Assembly: GCA_020060465.1 (NCBI GenBank)
Contig: JAGVAD010000015.1
Coordinates: 56,150-120,149, forward strand
Length of the DNA: 64,000 nt
Direction of reading: 5' to 3'
Origin: Anaerolineales bacterium
GTDB lineage: Bacteria > Chloroflexota > Anaerolineae > Anaerolineales > UBA4823
Below the pieces are notes generated by a model, which did no database searches, was not told the origin of the DNA, and saw only the letters and a list, made by a program, of their open reading frames with translations. How positions within the stretch are numbered: the stretch's first letter is position 1; the number at the start of each line of letters is the position of its first letter. Shown piece by piece: positions 8,260 through 17,900 of the stretch. The translations under genes were made by a program, and so were the position numbers.

Positions 8260-10506
8260 ATGAATCCTCGATCACGCTTCTGGTTGTTGGCTGAACATTC
8301 CATCACAATCTTTGTGTTCATCTTCCTGGTCGTTTTTACCTATGCCAGGTTCTTTGGAATCCCCTACGTCGGTTTTACTTTCAATCCTTCCGACGGAGAG
8401 GTGATCCAGGTGTTTGGCGATCCTTCTCCAGAGAACTCTTTACAGCCAGGCGATCAACTGCTCAAAGTTGGCTCGATTTCTTGGGGAGAATATCGGGGAA
8501 ATGCGCGCCGCTCTTTTGTTGAAGGCCTCAAAGCAGGTCAGGTGGTCGAAATACAAGTGTTGCGGGAAGGTCAGTTGCTCGCTATACCCTGGACGTTGCC
8601 CGGCCCCAACCCAAAAGAATTTCGGGATCGTTTGACCAACGTTTGGGTGCTGGCTTACATTTTTTGGCTGGCTGGCGCTGCCACATCTCTATTGGTCCGC
8701 CCTAAAGACGAGCGTTGGGTTTTGCTGATTGCCTTCAATTATTTGACCGCTGCTTGGCTTATTAGCGGCAGCATATCCGCCTGGCATGTCTGGGAAAGCG
8801 CCATTCTCTTCCGGGTTGTATTCTGGTTCTCCGTACCTGTCTATTTACATCTGCACTGGGTCTTCCCTCGTTCCCTGGGAAAAATTCCAATTCCCTTGAT
8901 TTGGGGCGGCTATCTTGTCGCGTTCGGTCTAGCTCTCCTGGAATTTCTTCAGGTGTTGCCGCGCAACGCCTACCATTATGGTCTGATCTTGGCGGTCCTG
9001 GGCGTTATTGTCCTGCTTGTGATCCGCCTCATCAAACAGCCTGAACAACGTAGATGGGTTTGGCCGCTGATTGTAGCGCCAATGACGGCGCTGTTGCCGG
9101 CTGTAACGCTGAGCATTGTCAGCGTCCTGGCGGAGTATCCCAATTATTTTGGCGGCGCTTTACTGGCGTTGCCCATTATCCCCATCACATATTTTTATGT
9201 CATCTACCGCCGGCAGTTGGGCGAGCTTGAAGTACGCGCCAACCGCATCATTTCTACGTACATATTCTTCATTGTCCTGGGCACGCTCCTGGCAACCATC
9301 CTCCCGTGGGTTGGAAAGAATGTCGCCTCTCGCCAATCTTCCGCCCTTTTCGCGGTTGTGTCGGCTTCCTTAACCAGCCTGCTTGCCGTGACCGCTTATC
9401 CCGGGTTTGAAAGGTTCGTGAGCCGACGAATATTCGGCGCGCCGTTGCCCTTAACCCGCCTCCTGGAAACTTACGCTTCTGAAATCGCCGCCAGCCTAGA
9501 AACCTCCAGGATCACCCATTTGCTGAAGAGTGAGATTTTGCCCAGCTTGATGGTGCGCCAGTCGGCCTTACTGCTCCTGTCAGATGATGGGCGATTTCTC
9601 CCGCTCTACACCAGCGGCATTGACCTGGTTCAAGCGCCGCCCGTCCGCGTCATGACAGATTTGCACAATCAGGAAGGAAAATATCTGCCCTCGCCTCCCC
9701 ATCCTGGCGATCTCCAATGGCTGCGCATCTTCTTTTCGCTGCATACGAATGGGAAACTGCTTGGTTACTGGTTGTTGGGGCGGAAAGATCCGGATGATTT
9801 CTATTCTCAGTCTGAAATTTCCCTGTTGAGAGCCGTTGCAAACCAGACCGCGATCGCGCTGGTGAATGCTGCACAGTCCGAGCGGCTACGCCTCTACTAT
9901 CAGGCGAATATCGAACGCCACGAAGAAGAACGAACATCGCTGGCGCGGGAATTGCACGACCAGGTACTCAACCAGCTTGCCGCCCTGTCAATGAATACCG
10001 ACCTGGTAAGCGACCCGGCCTTCTCCGAAAAATATCAGTTGGTCATGAGCCAACTCAGACGCATGGTTTCGAACTTGCGCCCCGCCACATTGGTGTTCGG
10101 TTTGAGAGAGGCTCTGGAGGAGTTGATTGACGATCTCGCGAACCGTGTTGGCGAGCAGATGATGATCAGCATGGAAATACCCCCTTCTGTGGCGCGTTAC
10201 GATCCCAAAGTCGAAGAACATCTCTATCGAATTGTGCAGCAAGCCTGTGAAAATGCCGTTCGACATGCGCACGCCCAAACGATCTGTGTTTCTGGCCTGT
10301 TAGAGCCGAACAGGGCTGAAATTCTCGTCGAGGATGACGGCGTAGGGATGCCTGGACAGGGCGCGCTGGATTTCAATGCGCTGCTGGCGAAAAAACACTT
10401 TGGCCTGGCAGGGATGTTCGAACGTGCGGACCTCATCGGAGCGGTCATACAGATCGAAAGCGCTGCGGGCGTTGGAACCAGGGTAAGAGTGATCTGGTCT
10501 GTTTAG
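8260..10506 (+). CDS. Multi-TM sensor histidine kinase with PDZ-like loop, GAF-like, HisKA_3 and HATPase domains (ComP-like architecture)
   Basis: TM1, LQPGDQLLKVG (PDZ-like), about 8-9 further TMs, GAF-like segment (LGRKDPDDFYSQSEISLL), ARELHD H-box, N-box ENAVRHA, EDDGVG, FGLAGMFER. Confidence 0.9.
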   Translation: MNPRSRFWLLAEHSITIFVFIFLVVFTYARFFGIPYVGFTFNPSDGEVIQVFGDPSPENSLQPGDQLLKVGSISWGEYRGNARRSFVEGLKAGQVVEIQVLREGQLLAIPWTLPGPNPKEFRDRLTNVWVLAYIFWLAGAATSLLVRPKDERWVLLIAFNYLTAAWLISGSISAWHVWESAILFRVVFWFSVPVYLHLHWVFPRSLGKIPIPLIWGGYLVAFGLALLEFLQVLPRNAYHYGLILAVLGVIVLLVIRLIKQPEQRRWVWPLIVAPMTALLPAVTLSIVSVLAEYPNYFGGALLALPIIPITYFYVIYRRQLGELEVRANRIISTYIFFIVLGTLLATILPWVGKNVASRQSSALFAVVSASLTSLLAVTAYPGFERFVSRRIFGAPLPLTRLLETYASEIAASLETSRITHLLKSEILPSLMVRQSALLLLSDDGRFLPLYTSGIDLVQAPPVRVMTDLHNQEGKYLPSPPHPGDLQWLRIFFSLHTNGKLLGYWLLGRKDPDDFYSQSEISLLRAVANQTAIALVNAAQSERLRLYYQANIERHEEERTSLARELHDQVLNQLAALSMNTDLVSDPAFSEKYQLVMSQLRRMVSNLRPATLVFGLREALEELIDDLANRVGEQMMISMEIPPSVARYDPKVEEHLYRIVQQACENAVRHAHAQTICVSGLLEPNRAEILVEDDGVGMPGQGALDFNALLAKKHFGLAGMFERADLIGAVIQIESAAGVGTRVRVIWSV

Positions 10507-11567
10507 GGGAGTGGATGCCAGATCAACGATAGAGCCATAGCTATCAGCGCCAACAGCGCCCCCACAGCCGCAAAAATGACGCTGATTTCGCTGGTTTCTT
10601 CGCGGGTGGCCAGGTAGGTCGGCAATCCGCGGAAGACGTTGTTCAGTTCATCCGCGCTGGTTGCCGAATAATACTCGCCGCCGGTCATCGCCGCAATCTC
10701 CCGCAGCGTAGGTTCGTCAATGCTGCGGCGAAACCAGCCGCCAAATTGCGGGTCGCCGCCGAAGCCCTGTCCGCCGCCGAACCAGTTATCCATTTGGAGC
10801 TGATCGCCACAATCCATGATCCCGCCGTTCTCCGTACCATAGCCGATGGTATAGATACGCACGCCGCGTACGACTGCCTGCTGGGCGGCTTCCAACGGCA
10901 ATGGGCCGGCGTTGCTTGCCCCATCGGAGAGCAATACGATGATGTCCGGCGCATACGTTCCTTCGGGGACGGGCGTGGGTTGCGCCTCAATGGCAGGGTT
11001 TCTGACGCTTGGGGCGACGTTCTCATTCATTTCTGCAATCGCATCCAGGGCTTTCAAAATGGCGCTGCCGATCGCCGTGCGCCGTCCGGTGGTCAGAGCG
11101 GAAATCGCCGCCTGCAGGGCTTCCTGATCTGTGGTAGGCGGTTGCACCAACTCTGCGAAACCGGCGAAAGCTACAATCCCAATCCGAGTGTTCGAGTTTT
11201 GTTTTTGTATGAAAGAAAGAGCAGCAGACTTGGCAACCTCCAGACGGTTGGGGCGAATATCAATCGAGCACATGCTGCGCGAAACGTCCATTGCCAGGAT
11301 GATCGTCGCCTGACCGGTGGGTACCTGCACAACCGCGTAAGGGCGGCTCATGGCAAGCGCCAGGCCTGCCAATGCCAGCAGGAAAAGAGCGAGCGGCAGG
11401 TAACGCCGAACGCGCGACATTTGCGGCAATGCTTCGCGCACCAGCATCAAGCTGGAGTAACGCAGCGCATAACGGCGGCGGCGTCTCTGCATCCAGAAAT
11501 ACGCTGCCAGGATCAAGGGGATCAACCCCAGTAAAAGTAGAAACCAGGGCCAGTGGAAACCCATCAT
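10503..11567 (-). CDS. VWA domain membrane protein (BatA/BatB-like)
   Basis: N-terminal WPW.L TM, MIDAS DVSRSM, T (RTAIG), LSDG, C-terminal TM. Confidence 0.9.
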   Translation of the reverse strand: MMGFHWPWFLLLLGLIPLILAAYFWMQRRRRRYALRYSSLMLVREALPQMSRVRRYLPLALFLLALAGLALAMSRPYAVVQVPTGQATIILAMDVSRSMCSIDIRPNRLEVAKSAALSFIQKQNSNTRIGIVAFAGFAELVQPPTTDQEALQAAISALTTGRRTAIGSAILKALDAIAEMNENVAPSVRNPAIEAQPTPVPEGTYAPDIIVLLSDGASNAGPLPLEAAQQAVVRGVRIYTIGYGTENGGIMDCGDQLQMDNWFGGGQGFGGDPQFGGWFRRSIDEPTLREIAAMTGGEYYSATSADELNNVFRGLPTYLATREETSEISVIFAAVGALLALIAMALSLIWHPLP

Positions 11568-11604
11568 AGCCTCCTGTTTTTGTAGAACGAGCCCGCCAGC
11601 GCCA

Positions 11605-12627
11605 TCATGGCAGACGATTGAACCATAAGAGAGAAAACGCGCCGCCGATCAAGAAGATCAATATGCTCACGCCAGCAAAGATGGGAGTGACCTCCGTTTT
11701 CTCTGGGCGGATGACCAGCTCAGGAGTGATGTTTTCGTAGATGGCATTTAGATCTTGTTCGCTCTCGGCGTAGAAGTAAGCCCCTTGAGTGAGCTGTGAT
11801 ATTTGACGCAGCGTATTCTCGTCCAGTCGGGTATGAACCAGAAACCCTTCGACTTCCAGCGTCGTTCCCGTTGGGCTGCCGACTCCAATCGTATAGATGC
11901 GCACGCCACGATCCATGGCAGCCTGCGCCGCCACGAGTGGATCCGGCGGAGCAGTGTTTTCGCCGTCGGTGAGCAGGACAATGACGGCTGAAGTGTAGCT
12001 TCCACGGGGCAAGGGCGTCGGCGTGGGCGCTGGGGTGGGGGTCGGAGCATCCGGCGCGATGGGGAGACTGTTGGGTGTTCCGGCGATGGCGTCGAGCGAG
12101 GCGAAGATGCCGTGCGCTAAGGACGTGCCGCGTTCAGGCCGCAGGCGGTCAATCGTTGCCAGGACGGCCTGCTGATCGTTGGTCGGCGGCTGCACGATCA
12201 ACCCGCTGTCGCTGAACGCTACCACGCCGATCTGCACCGTGGCAGGTTGTTGTTGCACAAAGCTGCGCGCCGCAGCTTTCGCCGCTTCCATGCGATTGGG
12301 CTTCAAGTCATCTGCCGCCATGCTGCCAGATACGTCGAAAGTCAGGATGACCGTTCCTTCCACTCTGGGCAGGTTCACCACGGTTTGTGGGCGCGCCAGG
12401 GCGACCAGGAGAACGGATAAGCCGGCCAGAAACAGCACAGCGGGAAGATGCCGTTGGGCATCCGTCGCGCGTTTTACCATTCCGCTGAATAAGCCGGAAA
12501 CGTTGCGGCTGGCGATCAGCCGTTGGCGTCGCTGTTGCTGGTAAATATAGAAGGCGACCAGCAGCGGGAGAAGAGCCAACGACCAGAGCATCCAGGGCCA
12601 GATGAATGACATCGCCGAACCCATCAC
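11605..12627 (-). CDS. VWA domain membrane protein (BatA-like)
   Basis: MIDAS DVSGSM, LTDGE, N- and C-terminal TMs; contains a PTPTPAPTPTP insert. Confidence 0.9.
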   Translation of the reverse strand: MMGSAMSFIWPWMLWSLALLPLLVAFYIYQQQRRQRLIASRNVSGLFSGMVKRATDAQRHLPAVLFLAGLSVLLVALARPQTVVNLPRVEGTVILTFDVSGSMAADDLKPNRMEAAKAAARSFVQQQPATVQIGVVAFSDSGLIVQPPTNDQQAVLATIDRLRPERGTSLAHGIFASLDAIAGTPNSLPIAPDAPTPTPAPTPTPLPRGSYTSAVIVLLTDGENTAPPDPLVAAQAAMDRGVRIYTIGVGSPTGTTLEVEGFLVHTRLDENTLRQISQLTQGAYFYAESEQDLNAIYENITPELVIRPEKTEVTPIFAGVSILIFLIGGAFSLLWFNRLP

Positions 12628-13523
12628 TTCCGCCGTTGCCGACGCAGCGCGACAAAGCGCAGGATGGCGCGCACCAGGTCGCCTTCCGTCGAAAGCGACA
12701 ACACATCCACGCCAGCGTGCTTGAACGCCTGGTTTAACGCCGCCTCGCGCCGTTGTGCGGCTTCTTTGAAGCGAGAGCGGAATTTTTTGTCATGAGTGTC
12801 CACGTACAACTGTTCGCCGGTTTCGGCGTCTTCCATCACAATCAGACCGACATCCGGCAACTCCACCTCGCGTGGATCCCACACGCGCACCGCGATGACT
12901 TCATGGCGTTGATTGAGCAGCTTCAGCGGTCGTTCCCAGCCCGGCGCGCTGATGAAATCGGACACGATGAACACCAGCGAACGCTTCTTGAAGGCGTATA
13001 ACCCACCTTCGATCAGCGGTTTCAGGTCGGTGAATGCGGCGCGCGGCTGGCGCGGTTGCCTGAGCAGTTCACGGATCAGGCGCAGCGCCTGGATGCGCCC
13101 GCCGCGGGCGGGGATCGTGCGCTCGATGCGGTTGTTGTACAACACTGCGCCCACGCGATTGCCATGCCGCGTCAGCAAGCGCGCCAAAACAGCCACGAAA
13201 TCCGTCAATATGGAGCGCTTTTCGTTAGAGGCAGCGCCAAAATCCATTGAAGGACTGAGATCAAGCAGGAACCAGGCGATGATTTCACGGTCTTCGACAT
13301 ATTGACGCACATACGGCGTGTTCAGCCGGGCGGTGACGTTCCAGTCTATATAGCGAATGTCATCTTCGGGTTGATATTCGCGCAGGTCGGCGAAATCTAC
13401 GCCATAGCCGTAAAACAGGCTGCGGTAATCGCCTTGTAGCAGGCCATCCAGCCGGCGGATGACCTGCCAATCCAGACGCAGCAGGACGCGCTCAGGCGTT
13501 AATGCGGATGTCGGAGCGTTCAC
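12624..13523 (-). CDS. DUF58 domain protein
   Basis: DFADLREYQPEDDIRYIDWNVTAR motif, DLSPSM, IVSDF. Confidence 0.92.
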   Translation of the reverse strand: MNAPTSALTPERVLLRLDWQVIRRLDGLLQGDYRSLFYGYGVDFADLREYQPEDDIRYIDWNVTARLNTPYVRQYVEDREIIAWFLLDLSPSMDFGAASNEKRSILTDFVAVLARLLTRHGNRVGAVLYNNRIERTIPARGGRIQALRLIRELLRQPRQPRAAFTDLKPLIEGGLYAFKKRSLVFIVSDFISAPGWERPLKLLNQRHEVIAVRVWDPREVELPDVGLIVMEDAETGEQLYVDTHDKKFRSRFKEAAQRREAALNQAFKHAGVDVLSLSTEGDLVRAILRFVALRRQRRK

Positions 13524-14487
13524 GTAAAGGCACCACCGGTATTGGAATGCGGTCGAAGATGCGCTTCAACAGATCGTCGCCGGTCACGTTGTCAGAAAGC
13601 GCCTCGTAGGAAAGCACAAGACGATGCCGCATCACGTCCAGCGCCATATCCAACACATCCTGCGGCAGGGCGTAGTCGCGCCCGCGCACGAAAGCCAGCG
13701 CCCGCGCCGTCAGGATCAGGTTGATGGAGGCGCGTGGGCTGGCGCCATACAGAATATAGGGCTGCAATTCGCCCAGGCTGATCTCCTTTGGCTGCCGCGT
13801 GGCGGTCACCAGACGCACCGCATATTCGATTAAGGCTGGATCCACATACACTTGATCGGCTTCTTGTTGCAAGGCGACCAGTTGTTCGGTGGTCAGCACC
13901 TTTTGCACTGCTTGCAACGCTCCGGTCATGCGCTCGACGATGACAAATTCTTCGGTTGCATTGGGATAGCCCACCAATACCTTGAGCATGAAGCGATCCA
14001 CCTGCGCTTCGGGCAGAGCGTAAGTGCCTTCGGTTTCGATGGGGTTCTGTGTGGCCAGCACCAGGAAGGGGTTGGGCGTCTTAAACGTTTCGCGCCCGAT
14101 GGTTACCTGGCGCTCTTGCATCACCTCCAGCAGCGCGCTCTGCACTTTGGCAGGGGCGCGGTTGATCTCATCGGCGAGCAGCAGGTTGGTGAAGACCGGC
14201 CCCAATGAAGTGTTGAATTCGCCGGTTTTTTGATTGTAGATGCGCGTGCCGATCAAGTCCGCCGGCACCAGGTCGGGGGTAAACTGGATGCGTTTGAACT
14301 CGCCGCCGATTGCCTCGGCGAGCGTCTTGATGGCCATGGTCTTGGCCAGGCCGGGTACGCCTTCTACCAGAATGTGCCCGCGCGCCAACAGCGCCACGAT
14401 CAGGCGCTCCAGGAGATGGTCTTGCCCTACGATGATCTTCTTCACTTCGTAAAGCACGCGTTCCATCGGTTTTGCGTTTTGATCCAT
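13492..14487 (-). CDS. moxR: MoxR-family AAA+ ATPase
   Basis: GVPGLAKT, RIQFTPDL, LLADEINRA, ATQNPIE, LPEAQVDRF, GASPRAS. Confidence 0.95.
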   Translation of the reverse strand: MDQNAKPMERVLYEVKKIIVGQDHLLERLIVALLARGHILVEGVPGLAKTMAIKTLAEAIGGEFKRIQFTPDLVPADLIGTRIYNQKTGEFNTSLGPVFTNLLLADEINRAPAKVQSALLEVMQERQVTIGRETFKTPNPFLVLATQNPIETEGTYALPEAQVDRFMLKVLVGYPNATEEFVIVERMTGALQAVQKVLTTEQLVALQQEADQVYVDPALIEYAVRLVTATRQPKEISLGELQPYILYGASPRASINLILTARALAFVRGRDYALPQDVLDMALDVMRHRLVLSYEALSDNVTGDDLLKRIFDRIPIPVVPLRERSDIRINA

Positions 14488-14547
14488 CCGTTTTCTCCTT
14501 AAGGGGAAATTCGTTCTACAGTTGAGCCAGGTTGATGAGCGGCGCAG

Positions 14548-15405
14548 CTAATAGGGCGGCAAGCCGGCGCCCGCCGCAGCGGTGGTGATCGGCACGGCGA
14601 AGCCGATGCCAATGAAGAAATCCTCATCGGTGGGGTTGACAATGCCAACCACGATGCCCACCACCTGACCATAGCGGTTGAGCAAAGGACCGCCGGAATT
14701 GCCCGGGTTCACCGCTGCATCTATCTGGATCAAGCCTTCCAGCCTCTGCCCGCTTTCCGGGTGCTGGAAATAGCGGTCAAAACCGGAGATCACCCCGGCG
14801 CTCATGGAACTGTATAAACCGAAGGGGTTGCCAACGGCGAAGGCTTCATCGCCAACGCGCATGGCATAGGGGTTGCCCAACACCGCGGGGACGAGCAGCG
14901 TTGGGAGGCGTTCGGCGCTCAGCAGGGCAATGTCGTTCTCCGGTTGAGCGATGACCACTTGCGCCCTGGATTGGGTGCCGTCGGCAAAGGTGAGCTGAAT
15001 TTCGCTCGCCCCATCCACCACATGCAGGCTGGTGAGGATGTCGCCCATCTCGCTGATAACTACTCCGCTGCCCAGGCCGTCTTTTTCCTCGCCCTCTACG
15101 TCGGGGAAATGCGCCTGAATAAGCACCAGCGAGGGCCGGATGATCTCATAGACCTGCGCGGAATAGGCTGGCGCTGGCGTGGCGGAAGCTAAAGCCCTCG
15201 CTACAGCTTCGCTCACGTCTTGATTGGTCAATACCGGTGGGGCAGGAAAAAGCTGCTGATATAGCAGGAGCGCAACCAGAGCAGCGAGCACGCCGCCGAC
15301 AAAAGGTGCGATTCGCCGGATAAGCAAACGCAGGCGCTGCCAGCGTTCTCGCCACAGCTCCACATTCGTTAACCGAGTAATTTGTTCGCTTTCCTTAAGC
15401 CTCAT
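14548..15405 (-). CDS. Membrane-anchored trypsin-like serine protease (S1C/HtrA-like, no PDZ)
   Basis: Triad motifs LTSLHVV, NDIALL, NPGNSGGPL; N-terminal TM; protein ends right after the protease domain. Confidence 0.88.
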   Translation of the reverse strand: MRLKESEQITRLTNVELWRERWQRLRLLIRRIAPFVGGVLAALVALLLYQQLFPAPPVLTNQDVSEAVARALASATPAPAYSAQVYEIIRPSLVLIQAHFPDVEGEEKDGLGSGVVISEMGDILTSLHVVDGASEIQLTFADGTQSRAQVVIAQPENDIALLSAERLPTLLVPAVLGNPYAMRVGDEAFAVGNPFGLYSSMSAGVISGFDRYFQHPESGQRLEGLIQIDAAVNPGNSGGPLLNRYGQVVGIVVGIVNPTDEDFFIGIGFAVPITTAAAGAGLPPY

Positions 15406-15492
15406 GAGAAGTGCGCTCTAAGTTGCTTTATTACTCCTTGCTGTCTGAGTCGCCCAATGGTTGTTGTTCGCTGCGGTGGGCTGCTGCATCTA

Positions 15493-15521
15493 GCGCAAGG
15501 TATTTGGGAAACACCTTGCGC
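15493..15521. repeat. Intergenic palindrome (REP-like)
   Basis: gcgcaaggtattt-ggg-aaacaccttgcgc; a second hairpin tggctgg...ccagcca at about 15551-15577. Confidence 0.45.
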
Positions 15522-15692
15522 CTGAGGACAACTTTATATTGGCGCGTCCCTGGCTGGTTGTTGAGGCTACCCAGCCAAAAACGCAGTAGAATATCCATTT
15601 ATAGAATGTTTTTCTGAGAGGAAAATGAAACCTTGTTCAGCTAACCCTGAGAATATATACCGATATTGTCTTATTATCTCGCGGAGCGCAGC

Positions 15693-16259
15693 ATGATCGA
15701 AATCCTGCCCTATGAGACTCGCTGGCCAGATGAATTTCGGCAGATTGCCGCCGCGCTGCGAAGCGGGTTGGGCGAGCTGGCGTTGCGCATTGATCACATC
15801 GGTTCGACTTCCGTGCCGGGGCTGGCCGCCAAAGACGTGATAGATATCCAGATCACGGTCGCTGCGTTTGATGAGCAGCTTCATACGGCAATGACAGCTT
15901 TGGGGTATACGCAGCCGGAAAGCCTGGTGCGCGATCACATTCCGCAAAATGACCCGCGACCCGAAAGCGAATGGGAAAAATGGTATTTCCGTCCGCCGCC
16001 CGGCCAACGTCGCACGAATACGCATGTGCGCGTGCAGGGACGGGCAAATCAGCGCTATGCGCTCTTGTTCCGCGACTATCTGCGTACCCATCCGGCCATG
16101 GCCGCGGCTTACGCCGAACTGAAACGCCGCCTGGCGCAGTACCTTGCCGACCCAGAAATATACCCGGAGGTAAAGGATCCGGCGGTGGATCTGATTTACC
16201 TGGCTGCCGAGGACTGGGCTGCCGCAGTTGGCTGGCAGCCAGGAGCATCAGACGCGTGA
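15693..16259 (+). CDS. GrpB family protein (UPF0157, nucleotidyltransferase-like)
   Basis: IDHIGSTSVPGLAAKDVIDI, FRDYLRTHP, YAELKR. Start set at ATG 15693 (GGAG upstream). Confidence 0.9.
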   Translation: MIEILPYETRWPDEFRQIAAALRSGLGELALRIDHIGSTSVPGLAAKDVIDIQITVAAFDEQLHTAMTALGYTQPESLVRDHIPQNDPRPESEWEKWYFRPPPGQRRTNTHVRVQGRANQRYALLFRDYLRTHPAMAAAYAELKRRLAQYLADPEIYPEVKDPAVDLIYLAAEDWAAAVGWQPGASDA

Positions 16260-16265
16260 GGTGAT

Positions 16266-17885
16266 ATGAGGCGCAGATTAATTTTTGGCAGCTTTGGGTT
16301 GGTAGTGATTGTTCTGGGTCTTTTGGCCGGGACCGCTCGCAGCGCGGATGTGCAGCGCCTCTACTTGCCGCTGGTGCTTAACTCTTTCGGCGAGCCAATC
16401 CTTAAATGGCAATATGGTGGTTGCTATTCCTCCTGGTGCGAGACCGGTTGGTACTCCTCACCCGCGGTTGCGGATATCAATAACGATGGGCAGAACGAGA
16501 TCATTGCCTCGGCCTATTCGCTCTGGGCGCTGGACGGGACGAACGGGGCGTTGCTATGGCGCGCCGGCGCGACCAATTACCGCACCTGGCCTGGCGTGGT
16601 GATCGCGGATCTGGAGCAGGATGGCCAGCCGGAGATCGTCATTGCCCAAAGCGGCGGACTGGTCTCCGCTTATCGGTTGGATGGCAGCCTGAAGTGGCAA
16701 AAACAGCCCTCTGGTGGCGTCGGCGAGTTTCGCGGCCTGCTGGTCGTCGACCTGGACGGGAACGGTGGCGGCCTGGAAGTCGTTGTAACCCGCGCCTACG
16801 GCAGCGCCCGCAACACCTGGGTGTTAGATGCGGCCGGGAATACCCGCCCTGGTTGGCCGCAGTTGCCGCAGGATAACAACAATCCCAACGGCTACGCCTG
16901 GGGCGTTTATAACGCCAATGTCGCCGCAGCCAACATGAGCGGCGATAGCCGTCTGGAACTGATCGTGCCATCCGATGTACATTACATCAACGCCTTCAAC
17001 CCCGATGGGACGCCCCTGCCAGCCAACGCCGGTCTGTACCCGAATAAGACCTGGGGGCAAGTGGGCGTGTGGGAAAGCCTGGCTACCGAGTTGCGCGGCT
17101 GGGGGCAATGCGACGGCGCCCGGGCCGAAAGCTACCGCACGAATTTCGCCGATGGGCCGGCGGTCATCGCCGATGTGAATGGCGATGATCAGCGAGAAGT
17201 GATCGTGACCGGCAATATGTACGATTGCTCAACGGGTTATCCGCCCAGCCGTTATATGGCGTTGTATATTTTCAACCCCGATCGCAGCCGCTTCAACCTG
17301 GGCGGTTATGACTGGCGTGCTATCCCTGTTGACACTGGCGCGCCGCTTAGTGAGAACTACAGCGTAATCGAGACCGCTCAGCCCAACCCGGTAGTCGCCG
17401 ACCTGGACGGTGATGGAAAACAAGAGATCTTATTCGCCTCCTATGATGGGCGGATGCACGCCTTCTGGTTGGACAAGACAGAACACGGTCGCTGGCCATT
17501 CGCTGTGTACAATTCGGCGGAAGGCTTTTATCGCTTCGCCTCCGAGCCGTTGGTCGCCGACCTGAACAACGATGGAAAAGCTGAGGTGCTATTTACCTCC
17601 TGGACGCAGAAGGGTTCTCATCAATGGGGCAAGTTGCATATTCTGAACTGGATGGGTGAGCCGATCTACGAGAAGATTCTGCCGCCGCCCAAATCTACCT
17701 CGGTCACATGGAACGGCGGCCTGGCCGCCCCCACCCTGGCAGACGTGGACGGCGACCCTGACCTGGAGTTGATCATCAACACCGCTTATGCTGGCGTGGT
17801 AGTCTATGACCTTCCAGGCACAGCCGGGGCGCGTTTGTTATGGCGCACCGGACGGGGAAATTTTCAACGCGACGGAAGCAAATAA
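16266..17885 (+). CDS. Secreted FG-GAP/VCBS-repeat beta-propeller protein
   Basis: Signal peptide then LYLPLVL; about 8 repeats of type ADINNDGQNEI / ADLDGDGKQEI / ADVDGDPDLEL. Confidence 0.85.
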   Translation: MRRRLIFGSFGLVVIVLGLLAGTARSADVQRLYLPLVLNSFGEPILKWQYGGCYSSWCETGWYSSPAVADINNDGQNEIIASAYSLWALDGTNGALLWRAGATNYRTWPGVVIADLEQDGQPEIVIAQSGGLVSAYRLDGSLKWQKQPSGGVGEFRGLLVVDLDGNGGGLEVVVTRAYGSARNTWVLDAAGNTRPGWPQLPQDNNNPNGYAWGVYNANVAAANMSGDSRLELIVPSDVHYINAFNPDGTPLPANAGLYPNKTWGQVGVWESLATELRGWGQCDGARAESYRTNFADGPAVIADVNGDDQREVIVTGNMYDCSTGYPPSRYMALYIFNPDRSRFNLGGYDWRAIPVDTGAPLSENYSVIETAQPNPVVADLDGDGKQEILFASYDGRMHAFWLDKTEHGRWPFAVYNSAEGFYRFASEPLVADLNNDGKAEVLFTSWTQKGSHQWGKLHILNWMGEPIYEKILPPPKSTSVTWNGGLAAPTLADVDGDPDLELIINTAYAGVVVYDLPGTAGARLLWRTGRGNFQRDGSK

Positions 17886-17900
17886 CGCACGCCGTTTAGA

